Shown in pieces: positions 1-8,224 of a DNA stretch of 55,444 nucleotides (positions are counted from its first letter, which is position 1; each line of letters opens with the position of its first letter). This DNA is from a virus (lineage: Duplodnaviria; Caudoviricetes). The stretch covers positions 1-55,444 of IMG/VR virus record IMGVR_UViG_3300021247_000931. One strand, given 5' to 3'. The translations under genes were made by a program, and so were the position numbers. The notes under the pieces are model-generated. The model saw only the letters and a list, made by a program, of their open reading frames with translations. It did not search any database and was not told the origin of the DNA.

Positions 1-1149
1 ATGGCTTCCCTGTTTAAGCGGCCCCGCAGCCCATACTGGTGGATTAAGTGGTTTGACGAGTCCGGAAAGCTGACGAGAGAAAGCACCGGCAAGCGCCTGG
101 ACTCTGTTCAAGAAACGAGGGAGGCCAGAAGAATCCGGGCATCTAAGGAGATGATCGAACAGACTGCCACCCCCAAAGTTCGAGGCGAGCAGCTCATGAG
201 TGCCTGGGTTCAGCCGTGGCTGGTGGCTACCCACAAAAAAGACACCACCCTCGAGGTTTATCTGGGTGCGTGGGAGAACCTGATGCGTTTTTTTGACCAG
301 AGGGGTATCCGCGTGGCCTCCCAGATCACCCGAGAACATTGCTTTCAGTACCTTGAGTGGCGACAGGGCATGGAGAACAAGAATGAGCGGAGAAGAAGGA
401 AGAAATGCGTCTGCCGAAACACCGCGATCCATGACCTCAGAACCTTGCGCAAGGTTCTCTACGAGGCCGTGAACCGAGACATGATCGCCAAGAACCCCGC
501 GGCCAAGCTCCGGCTCAAAATGGACGCCAGGGCTCAGAAGCCGTGCATTACCGACGAGCAGCGCGCCATTGTGGAGGCGGCTGACCTTTCCGACTGGATG
601 AAGATTTCCTGGACGATTGCGATCAATCAAGGATGCCGACTCAGCGAAACAAGCCTCCCCTTGGACAGAGTGGACTTTGACAACGACCTGATCACGTTTG
701 AGATCAAGGATGGGAGCCTTCACACCACGAAGCTGACGCCCGCCGTAAAAGCCCTTCTGCTTCCCCTGCGGGATCAGGGCTGCAAGGTAACGTGGCAGTT
801 TCACCGGCTGGCTAGTCGGGACTGGTCGAGGAAGCTTAAAAACCTCGGAATGCCCTTCTCGTTTCACTCCACGAGAGTCACGGTCATCACCAAGCTCGCG
901 CGAGCCGGAGTCAACGAGCAGATGGCTCGACGCTTTATAGGGCATGCCAGTAGCGAGATTCATGCGGTCTATACTAGGCTTCAAGCCGATGACCTTTCGG
1001 CCTGCGTGAAAGCGATTTCTGGTGAGTCTTCTGACCCAACGAAGGTCGCTGTGACTTCGGGACAGCCATCGAAGGGTAAGCCTGAGCCAGTCGGAACCCC
1101 CCGTCGGGCTGCAAAGATTGGTCGGCCAGCCAAGCCAAGGCGTGGCTGA
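1..1149 (+). CDS. int: Tyrosine recombinase / phage integrase
   Basis: Catalytic motifs GCRLSE (R), EIK (K), FHSTR (HxxR), GHAS..IHAVY (H,Y); N-terminal arm-binding-like YWWIKW..RESTG. Confidence 0.92.
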   Translation: MASLFKRPRSPYWWIKWFDESGKLTRESTGKRLDSVQETREARRIRASKEMIEQTATPKVRGEQLMSAWVQPWLVATHKKDTTLEVYLGAWENLMRFFDQRGIRVASQITREHCFQYLEWRQGMENKNERRRRKKCVCRNTAIHDLRTLRKVLYEAVNRDMIAKNPAAKLRLKMDARAQKPCITDEQRAIVEAADLSDWMKISWTIAINQGCRLSETSLPLDRVDFDNDLITFEIKDGSLHTTKLTPAVKALLLPLRDQGCKVTWQFHRLASRDWSRKLKNLGMPFSFHSTRVTVITKLARAGVNEQMARRFIGHASSEIHAVYTRLQADDLSACVKAISGESSDPTKVAVTSGQPSKGKPEPVGTPRRAAKIGRPAKPRRG

Positions 1150-1261
1150 GAGTCGTCTTGGTGCCGTACTTCATGCGGTATCCGCGGCGAACCATGCCTG
1201 AGACGTAAGTGGCCGTTCGGCCCATTTCTTCGGCGAGCTGTTTTTTGTTGAGGAGGTTCAT
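974..1261 (-). CDS. Probable excisionase / small HTH DNA-binding protein
   Basis: LLNKKQLAEEMGRTATYV resembles the HTH of Xis/MerR-like proteins; convergent on the integrase; start taken at ATG 1261. Confidence 0.6.
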   Translation of the reverse strand: MNLLNKKQLAEEMGRTATYVSGMVRRGYRMKYGTKTTLSHALAWLADQSLQPDGGFRLAQAYPSMAVPKSQRPSLGQKTHQKSLSRRPKGHRLEA

Positions 1262-1265
1262 GAGA

Positions 1266-2084
1266 TCAGTCAACAGGGATCAGGGAATAAGCACGGGAAC
1301 GGCCATGGCCAGATACCTTGAATCTGAAGGTGCCTCGATCGAGTGAGAACTGCTCGCCGTGATGGCGGGAAAGCAGAAGACCCAACGATGATTTGGCGGC
1401 CGGGGTAAGCTCTCCGTTTTGAGTCTTAATAATATCCTGAAAAATTCCGATGTTTAGTGAAAGGTTAGATATTTCCAAAAATGACATCTTTGGTGACATT
1501 TTTCCGCAGGCCGTGGAGTTAAAGAGAAGCGTCAGCTCCGAAGATTCCGCCTCGAATGTGGTATTCCGAGCGATTGGGGCCGGAAGCGATTTCCTCTTAC
1601 GCAGATTGAGATGGAGGAGGCGAAGGGCCGCCGAGCAGGACTCATTCGGATCGACCTGCTGATCGCGGAGGCAGAAGAAAATATCGAAGAAATCCTGACA
1701 GGCAGGAAACCGATCGAAATCAAGAGACACCCCCCGTGGCGCGGGCGTTCCTGTTGAGAAATGTCCGGTTTTACGAAGGGTTGGCAGCACCTCGGAGGTC
1801 ACCCACTTGCGGAAAGCCTGAGCCTGCGGCTTCCGGCTCTTGAAGATCAGGGCGTAAAGGCCCGACTCGTTGATGCAGTTGGTTAATTGTTCACGGCCGA
1901 TGGCGTCGGTAATGCCGACACCATCTTTTTCGTCCGTATGGAGAGCCGCAACAGAATCCCGAGGATTGGCGATCTCCAGCACTCGGCAAACATCGGCGGC
2001 GACGAACCACGGGTTGCCATCGCGCTCGAGGGCGCGAACGGCATGGGAATTGAAATCAAAGGTCTGGATGGCTGGGGTGGACAT
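1266..2084 (-). CDS. BRO-N domain phage antirepressor
   Basis: PWFVAADVCRVLEI..INESGLYALIFKSRKPQAQAFRKWVTSEVLPTLRKTG is a canonical Bro-N signature. Confidence 0.92.
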   Translation of the reverse strand: MSTPAIQTFDFNSHAVRALERDGNPWFVAADVCRVLEIANPRDSVAALHTDEKDGVGITDAIGREQLTNCINESGLYALIFKSRKPQAQAFRKWVTSEVLPTLRKTGHFSTGTPAPRGVSLDFDRFPACQDFFDIFFCLRDQQVDPNESCSAALRLLHLNLRKRKSLPAPIARNTTFEAESSELTLLFNSTACGKMSPKMSFLEISNLSLNIGIFQDIIKTQNGELTPAAKSSLGLLLSRHHGEQFSLDRGTFRFKVSGHGRSRAYSLIPVD

Positions 2085-2110
2085 GGTGTGGATCGGAGAA
2101 TGATAAAAGA

Positions 2111-2305
2111 TTAAGAAAGAGAGGATTCCCTTGCTAACTGAAGCGTCCGTGCCGCCAACTCTCGCTCGAGGAGACGGGTGACGAGTTCTGTCATTCCTCC
2201 TCGCAGATCTAGTGAAAATGCGTATTTCGCCGCCGCACTTTTGAGTGAGGCATCGAGGGTAAGATGGGTTCTCGTTGGCTTTCTATAAGTCTTGGGTCTT
2301 GCCAT
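2111..2305 (-). CDS. Ribbon-helix-helix (Arc/CopG-like) regulator, Cro-position
   Basis: RTHLTLDASLKSAAAKYA...MTELVTRLLEREL fits the RHH strand-helix-helix pattern; leads into the antirepressor/xis operon. Confidence 0.6.
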   Translation of the reverse strand: MARPKTYRKPTRTHLTLDASLKSAAAKYAFSLDLRGGMTELVTRLLERELAARTLQLARESSLS

Positions 2306-2386
2306 AACGAAGCGCATTAGACGCGCAGATAACGCGCATATCAATCAAAATTTGCGCGGTGCGCGTTTTGTGTGCATATTACCATT
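2306..2386. promoter_or_regulatory. Divergent promoter/operator region with phased GCGCA boxes
   Basis: GCGCA at 2312, 2323 and 2334 (11-bp period); inverted TGCGC at 2353 and 2360, TGTGC at 2371. Confidence 0.55.
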
Positions 2387-2617
2387 GTGAAAGTGAAAAA
2401 AGTTGCCACCAACATCAACCTTGGTCCGGTGCTAAAAGAAAAAGCCAAGGCCTATGCAAGAGGGTTGGAAATGGATCTTTCCGAACTCATAGGGCATTTA
2501 CTACGCGAGGAGATTGCCAATCCGACTCTCGGAAAACCAAAGATCTATTCCCTACCAGAAATCACGGCGCTTCGGGCGGCAGGGGAGACTCAAAAAGGGA
2601 ATGGCGGAAAATCTTGA
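2387..2617 (+). CDS. Ribbon-helix-helix regulator, repressor-position
   Basis: ATNINLGPVLKEKAKAYARGLEMDLSELIGHLLREEI fits the RHH pattern; similar to the divergent partner. Confidence 0.6.
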   Translation: MKVKKVATNINLGPVLKEKAKAYARGLEMDLSELIGHLLREEIANPTLGKPKIYSLPEITALRAAGETQKGNGGKS

Positions 2618-2658
2618 GATTCCCCGGCGGCATACCATTGTAGCACGATAGAATCCCC

Positions 2659-3282
2659 ATGGAAATCAATACCGCATCTTCCGCTACGGGCGATTCGCCT
2701 GAGGAAATGTTTTTCGTTGCCAGGGAGGGCGAGAAAATCGGCGCGTGGCCTTACGATGTTGTGATTGCCTTGTTCAGATCAGGTCACCTTTTGCCAACGG
2801 ACTACTATTGGAATGGGAGGATGAACGACTGGAAGGAAATCGAGAGCCTGCTTCCACCAAGCCGCGACCGCAACAAACCCCTTCACCTTTCTGGAAGAGA
2901 AAACGACGATGATGTATGGGTGTATTATTGCCGAAAGGGCGACAGGGTAGTTGGCCCACGAACACAGACGGAGATCTTGGCGATGATATGGACTGGTGAC
3001 ATCGCAGATGAGGACGCGCTTTTCTTTGAGCCGAAAGATCGATGGATGTCTGCGGGTGACTTTATCAGGGCGGTTGAGTCAGAAAACCCAGGCTTCCAGG
3101 CAACCATTCAAAAGGTGCGCTCGGCAATCATGCCCCCTTCGCAGCAAGAAGAGCTGGGAGACATCATCCAAAACTCCCTGGAGGCCTTCTCGTCCAGCCC
3201 CCTAAAGGGCGGAATTTACGTCGGGACGAAAGTTATTCCCAAGCTGCTAGACTGGATAGCACCCTCGGGACAGCAAAAATAA
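2659..3282 (+). CDS. Tandem GYF_2 (DUF4339-like) domain protein
   Basis: Two copies of the F/Y-x-x-R-x-G-x-x-x-G-P...G-x-I/L...W motif (FFVAREGEKIGAWP..YYWNGRMNDWK; YYCRKGDRVVGP..DRW). Confidence 0.75.
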   Translation: MEINTASSATGDSPEEMFFVAREGEKIGAWPYDVVIALFRSGHLLPTDYYWNGRMNDWKEIESLLPPSRDRNKPLHLSGRENDDDVWVYYCRKGDRVVGPRTQTEILAMIWTGDIADEDALFFEPKDRWMSAGDFIRAVESENPGFQATIQKVRSAIMPPSQQEELGDIIQNSLEAFSSSPLKGGIYVGTKVIPKLLDWIAPSGQQK

Positions 3283-3286
3283 CGGC

Positions 3287-3850
3287 CTAGTCCTTGAGCC
3301 AGTTGCGCGAGGAATAGACCTGCCGGATGAGGCGGCGCTTGCTCCAGATCCCTCCCCCGTCGCGGTCTGCCGAGGATCCCGCAACCGCCTCCGGACTCGT
3401 ATTGGCCTCGACGGTAATGATCGACTGACGGCCCCACTGACGGACAAGGCCGACATGGGCAACGCGCCCCTTGGATGGAAAGTAAATCCCGAATGGATCA
3501 CCAGGGCGCGGATCCATCCCTCCCCTATCCCTGCTCCAAGTAGGTCGAGCAACCCAATCCGGTGACCACGCAGATTGCGGAACCAGATCCCCCAGCCCGG
3601 CATGGAGATAGCACCAGTAGCAAAACGCAGCGCAATATGGGTCGCCCTTCTTGTTGCCGGTTGAAGCAAGGATCGCCTCTATGAGCGGCCCGTCGTTTTT
3701 CCCGCTGGCTTCCCTTGTTCCGATGAGTTCGATAGCGGCAGAGAGAATTCTTTTGCGCGCATTGCCGCTCGCCTCCGCAACTCCTTGGCAAGCCCCAGTG
3801 TGGGGAAGAGCCGCAGCAAGAAGGATGAAAGCAAAAAACGCACGGCTCAC
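3287..3850 (-). CDS. Endolysin, CHAP/NlpC-type cysteine peptidase with N-terminal signal/SAR-like segment
   Basis: GDPYCAAF (Cys), AHVGLV (His), VEANT motifs; GTG start at 3850 overlaps the upstream stop (GTGA); hydrophobic N-terminus. Confidence 0.8.
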   Translation of the reverse strand: MSRAFFAFILLAAALPHTGACQGVAEASGNARKRILSAAIELIGTREASGKNDGPLIEAILASTGNKKGDPYCAAFCYWCYLHAGLGDLVPQSAWSPDWVARPTWSRDRGGMDPRPGDPFGIYFPSKGRVAHVGLVRQWGRQSIITVEANTSPEAVAGSSADRDGGGIWSKRRLIRQVYSSRNWLKD

Positions 3851-4212
3851 AAGGGAACGAGTTTGAGAGCGAGGAGGAAGAGCGCCAGCATCAGGGCGTA
3901 AGTGATCTGCGTGGCATACCACTTCTCGCGATCGGTAAGAGCCTCAAACCATTCCGAGAGGCGGCGATCTGCGGCCTTGTCGATCGAAGTGAAGGCAATT
4001 TGCCAAGAGAGCCATCCAACGAAGACCGCCCAGAACGTCAGGACTGTAGAAAGGCCAAGCCATTGTAAATAGCCCGCATCAAAGCATCCCGCCGTTGGAT
4101 CATAAGCACGAATGAATGAAGGAAGCGCCAGATAGACCCCAAGAGCCAGAAGACCAGCAAAAAGGCCCTGCCATGAGGAAAGCCAGCGGCGGATGGAGCG
4201 CAGGAAGCTCAT
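3847..4212 (-). CDS. Putative holin (3 TM helices)
   Basis: 121 aa from ATG 4212 (ATGA coupling), three hydrophobic segments, adjacent to the endolysin. Confidence 0.6.
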   Translation of the reverse strand: MSFLRSIRRWLSSWQGLFAGLLALGVYLALPSFIRAYDPTAGCFDAGYLQWLGLSTVLTFWAVFVGWLSWQIAFTSIDKAADRRLSEWFEALTDREKWYATQITYALMLALFLLALKLVPL

Positions 4213-4730
4213 GGGAGGAAAGTGGCAATGGCGCGGACAAGGAGGCGTCCGGAACCGTAGCCGGATCCAAAGCCGACGACGAAAGCCGCGCCCTTGAGCC
4301 AGAGGCGATATTGCGAGGCGACGGGGATGGCATCGGCTAGACCCATGAACCAAAGCGCAATGGCAAGAGCGCAAATGTAGGGAATGATGTCGCGCTCTTT
4401 GGCGACTTGGTGAAGCTCTTTGCGCTGTTCGGAGATCGTCACATCCCGATCGGCAACGGCTTTCACAAGTTGACCAATCTCGGCATCCTTGGATTCCAAC
4501 GCACGGGAGGATTCCTCTGCCTTCGCATCGGCTATAGCGATGGCCGCCTTGGCCGCTGGTACGTCGCCCGCATCAAGGCGGTCACGGGCTGTCTTGATGG
4601 CATCCCGCGCACGGGCGAGCGGAACGGAGACGGAAGAGAGAGCCGGAGCGGTGACGGTGTGCTGATGGGGAATAAAGAGGCCGCATCCCGTGAGGAAAAG
4701 GGAAAGCAGGATGGGAAGGGCAAGTTTCAT
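4209..4730 (-). CDS. Lipoprotein with coiled coil and C-terminal TM segments (spanin-like)
   Basis: Lipobox LFLTGC, Ala-rich coiled coil, C-terminal hydrophobic helices; lies in the lysis cassette. Confidence 0.55.
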   Translation of the reverse strand: MKLALPILLSLFLTGCGLFIPHQHTVTAPALSSVSVPLARARDAIKTARDRLDAGDVPAAKAAIAIADAKAEESSRALESKDAEIGQLVKAVADRDVTISEQRKELHQVAKERDIIPYICALAIALWFMGLADAIPVASQYRLWLKGAAFVVGFGSGYGSGRLLVRAIATFLP

Positions 4731-5005
4731 TTTATGGTCGTATGGGCACCAATCGCTTCCTCGATACGCTTCGTTCGTTCATCGATGCGAGCAAGGATCA
4801 CGGCTTTATCCTGAGCGGCAATTTCAATCGCCGCGATGCGGGCGTTCTGTGTCGAGTCCGCCTCTTTGAGGGTTCGGACTTGCTCAGGGAGGATGATCCA
4901 GCCACTTAGGGCAGAGAATGCCGCGATCAGCACGGCCACCGCGGCGATTGCCTCGGCGATCGTGAGCTTGATTCCTGGCTGATTTCGTACTTCGTCGAGG
5001 CTCAT
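4727..5005 (-). CDS. Single-TM coiled-coil lysis-cassette protein
   Basis: N-terminal TM followed by a coiled coil ending LARIDERTKRIEE. Confidence 0.5.
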   Translation of the reverse strand: MSLDEVRNQPGIKLTIAEAIAAVAVLIAAFSALSGWIILPEQVRTLKEADSTQNARIAAIEIAAQDKAVILARIDERTKRIEEAIGAHTTIK

Positions 5006-5009
5006 GGAA

Positions 5010-6467
5010 TTAAATAATTGTGCCCCCGTTGTTGATGATCTGATTGGAAATTAGAAATCCGTTGCGATTGAGCGTTGCGCCAGCGTTGACCGTCACCGCC
5101 CCGCTTCCAAGAGCGCTTATGTGACCCACTACAAGAGTCCCGGCGGATACTGTGACAGGACCCGTGGTTCTATTGTTCCCAGAAAGAACAAGTGTTCCCG
5201 CTCCAGACTTAATCAGCCCAGCAGAAGTGGCTGCAATAGATCCACCAAGGGTCAATGTTTTTGCAGAAACAATGATTTGCCTAGTGGCACTCAGAGTTAT
5301 TCCTCCTACTGCTTGCAGGTCATTGGTCCCCACAAATGTCATGTTTCCATTTAGGACAATCGGGTTTTGCATGACCGGAATGGCAAGTGTGACGTAGGGA
5401 ATGCAGTCCAAAGAACCACCAGTTATGGTCAGCGGTCCGGTTCCAAGAGATTGATCGCGGCTTATGACAAGGCGCCCCTGGGCCAGTGTTGTTCCACCAC
5501 TGTAGGTGTTGTTTGGGACGAGTCGCTGCGTTCCTGATCCAGTTTTGACTACTGCGATTTTACCTCCAGATGAACCGTCCTCAATCGTGGTCCTTGTGAG
5601 GGTATCGGCACTAACTCCACTTGGGGTGTTAATGGTAAGCACAGAAGTGGTTGCAGCGAGCATGTTGCTAATGACCGTAGTGGCGTTGTCGGAACCCCTA
5701 ATGGAGGCTACCGTTTGGTTGTATCCATTGAGGTCGAAATTAAACGCCGATCCAGCAGTAGGCTGCGCCAATCCAGCCGATGGAGTCAGCGCATTTTCAA
5801 TTCCTATCCTAACGCCCCCCTGCGTACTCCCTCCGTAGTATTTTAAGTCTTGAGACCATGAGTTTTGACGCGTCAGGATGATGTACGATCCAATTCCTCC
5901 CGAGCGCATCAGAACAGGCGCCGAAACGCTGGTTATGACGCCAGATATTTCAAGCGATGCCCCATCTTGCGTTCCAATTCTTACATCAGCAGTGCCGACT
6001 GTAGTGATGTTTCCTGAATATGTGCTTTTGCCAGAACCAACAGCCTGCAAAAACCCCCTAGATGCACTAATGAATTGAGCATTTGCTGAAGATCCGGCTC
6101 CTGATCCAGTCAGGGGTTGAGAAATAACCACCCCAGGCGCTAATCCAAGCGATGTTCCGGAGGCCACTTGTATGGGAGAACTTGCTTCACCCAACGATCC
6201 GCTTGTAGCCGCAATAACCCCCCCCGAGGATCCTTGAATTACCACTCCACGGCCTGGTGCATTGCGTGGGTTAGAAAGTGTCATAACTCCAGTTCCGTAC
6301 TTCCTAATTATCCGACCAGCACCTGCAATAAGGGCGCTAACAGATATTGGAGTAAAAATGCAAAAATGAGATACTCTTAGTGTGGTATCATTGCTATCTT
6401 GGGCATCAAAATAGCATGCTGCGGCCCTTGATCCCACATATAATCCCTTTATCTGCGACAGATCCAT
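5010..6467 (-). CDS. Putative receptor-binding/tail fibre protein with autotransporter-associated beta-strand (PATR-type) repeats
   Basis: KTGSGTQRLVPNNTYSGGTTLAQGRL and LIKSGAGTLVLSGNNRTTGPVTVSAGTL repeats; no beta-barrel; at the end of the tail operon. Confidence 0.7.
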   Translation of the reverse strand: MDLSQIKGLYVGSRAAACYFDAQDSNDTTLRVSHFCIFTPISVSALIAGAGRIIRKYGTGVMTLSNPRNAPGRGVVIQGSSGGVIAATSGSLGEASSPIQVASGTSLGLAPGVVISQPLTGSGAGSSANAQFISASRGFLQAVGSGKSTYSGNITTVGTADVRIGTQDGASLEISGVITSVSAPVLMRSGGIGSYIILTRQNSWSQDLKYYGGSTQGGVRIGIENALTPSAGLAQPTAGSAFNFDLNGYNQTVASIRGSDNATTVISNMLAATTSVLTINTPSGVSADTLTRTTIEDGSSGGKIAVVKTGSGTQRLVPNNTYSGGTTLAQGRLVISRDQSLGTGPLTITGGSLDCIPYVTLAIPVMQNPIVLNGNMTFVGTNDLQAVGGITLSATRQIIVSAKTLTLGGSIAATSAGLIKSGAGTLVLSGNNRTTGPVTVSAGTLVVGHISALGSGAVTVNAGATLNRNGFLISNQIINNGGTII

Positions 6468-6468
6468 A

Positions 6469-7815
6469 TCAAGTAATTATGTAGAGAGTGGTTGGGCTGG
6501 GGGTGGTTAATAGGTTATAGTCGGCCTGAGTGATAGCCACGATGGCATCTACTCCAGAGCCATTTGGAATGCAGGCAGCCCTGGCTCGCGCGGGGCTAAA
6601 ATATAAGTTGCCAGAACCCTCCGGCACGGCATCGGTCGATCCGGGACTGGACGAGATCTCAATGTAGCTCGAACCGCCCCATCGGTAAATCTTCCCTGTG
6701 TCTATGACGGTGTAAATCTTTCCACCCTCACCAGTAGTAAGGAGCAAGGCCGATAAGGTGGGGTACTCAATAACGTCATCAACGTAGCTCGGCAAAAGTG
6801 ATGCCGGAATCTTGTTGCTGCTGTCCAGAGTCGCATAATTCCCTGCCGCCTGCTTGCCATCCAGAACCGACTGAAAGCCGCTAATGGCCGAGGATACCCA
6901 GGCCTGCGTGGCATACCCTAAAAGGGTAGAGGAGAGTGCCGATACCGCCCTAGCTGCGCTGAAATAAAGATTAACACTCCCCTCCGGCACGGCATCGGTC
7001 GATCCGGGACTGGACGAGATCTCAATGTAGCTCGAACCGCCCCATCGGTAAATCTTCCCTGTGTCTATGACGGTGTAAATCTTTCCACCCTCACCAGTAG
7101 TAAGGAGCAAGGCCGATAAGGTGGGGTACTCAATAACGTCATCAACGTAGCTCGGCAAAAGTGATGCCGGAATCTTGTTGCTGCTGTCCAGCGTCGCATA
7201 ATTCCCTGCGGCCTGCTTGCCATCTAAGGCAGACTGTATCGCGGCAATGGCCGAGGAGATGGCAGCGGCCACAGAGGAGGTTGTCGCAAAACTCCGCACC
7301 GACACCCAGGCAGCGATAGCTTGGAAAGTCGAGAGAGGAGTCATCCACTTGGAATTATTCTGCCCGGCTTCTGCCTCGGCGCGATTCGCCTTAGGGTCTT
7401 CGTTGGCTGTAGGTGTGCCCTCCTCGCCAGTAATAATCGTCTTGGCAATGACTACCGGAATCGATGCGCTATAGAATCTGTACCCTCCATAGTGCCACTC
7501 AACTTCCAGGAATGCAGGAATTGAGTTGGTGGAGCCGAGTGCGGTAAGGATGGCCTCCGTATTGAAGTTCAGATCAAAGGTGTAAACAGCAGTGCTTCCA
7601 ATTCCGCTTTTGCTCCACGAGGAGGACTGCGAAAGAAACTCTGCATCAGAAGGGTTTCTTTTAATGCCAATGCGACCGGACGCATCCATCGGTAAATCAA
7701 CAAAATTCGTGCCGCTGAGAAATGAAACCTCAACGGGAACAAGATCTAGGCTTTTGAAAACAAGATCAGCCCCACCGACCTTCTGTTTTGTCTCAAGATT
7801 GATTGTCAGTTTCAT
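6469..7815 (-). CDS. Tail fibre protein with internal duplication
   Basis: Two copies of LDGKQAAGNYATLDSSNKIPASLLPSYVDDV..., C-terminal ITQADYNLL..TTLYII fibre motif; start ATG 7815. Confidence 0.7.
   Translation of the reverse strand: MKLTINLETKQKVGGADLVFKSLDLVPVEVSFLSGTNFVDLPMDASGRIGIKRNPSDAEFLSQSSSWSKSGIGSTAVYTFDLNFNTEAILTALGSTNSIPAFLEVEWHYGGYRFYSASIPVVIAKTIITGEEGTPTANEDPKANRAEAEAGQNNSKWMTPLSTFQAIAAWVSVRSFATTSSVAAAISSAIAAIQSALDGKQAAGNYATLDSSNKIPASLLPSYVDDVIEYPTLSALLLTTGEGGKIYTVIDTGKIYRWGGSSYIEISSSPGSTDAVPEGSVNLYFSAARAVSALSSTLLGYATQAWVSSAISGFQSVLDGKQAAGNYATLDSSNKIPASLLPSYVDDVIEYPTLSALLLTTGEGGKIYTVIDTGKIYRWGGSSYIEISSSPGSTDAVPEGSGNLYFSPARARAACIPNGSGVDAIVAITQADYNLLTTPSPTTLYIIT
6617..7224. repeat. 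~245-bp near-perfect direct repeat (6617-6861 / 6980-7224, offset 363)
   Basis: Alignment by eye shows about two synonymous mismatches. Confidence 0.9.
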
Positions 7816-8224
7816 CACCCGATACGCGGGCGTCAACAGAGAGCCACTTTGGCGGGTCAAGAGGACACCGCGCCGTTGCCAAGCGAAGCTTGGCCTGCGT
7901 CGAGCAGCCTGGGCATTTCAGGCATTTCCCGGTGCCAGAGAACCCTGAAGGGTCCCAGAATCCGCATGATTTGCATAGGTCGAGGCGAGCCTGAAACTGA
8001 TCATCGGAAACAGTTTGAAACCCCGAAGATGCCCAGTCGATCATAGCGGACCCAAAAGACTGAACCTTTTCGAGCAAAGAAGGGTCTTCAAGTGACTTAA
8101 GGGATTCCTCTAGCAGCTCCTCATGACAGAGATCAGGTTTTGAGAAAGATAACTCCATGTAAACAGCGGCGATTTGCTCGGCTGAAAACTCACCAATCGC
8201 CTTGAATGTGTATTCGGTTTGCAT
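7793..8224 (-). CDS. Cys-rich (DUF6171-like) protein
   Basis: RLDLCKSC..KCLKCPGC..AKLRLATARCP..KW motif. Confidence 0.6.
   Translation of the reverse strand: MQTEYTFKAIGEFSAEQIAAVYMELSFSKPDLCHEELLEESLKSLEDPSLLEKVQSFGSAMIDWASSGFQTVSDDQFQARLDLCKSCGFWDPSGFSGTGKCLKCPGCSTQAKLRLATARCPLDPPKWLSVDARVSGDETDNQS
7832..7837 (-). promoter_or_regulatory. Late element GTTGAC-N16-ATG
   Basis: GTTGAC GCCCGCGTATCGGGTG ATG(7815). Confidence 0.6.

Noticed and set aside
6617-7224. Possible diversity-generating retroelement TR/VR pair
   Set aside because: Both copies are in frame in one gene, the few mismatches are synonymous, and there is no reverse transcriptase in the window.
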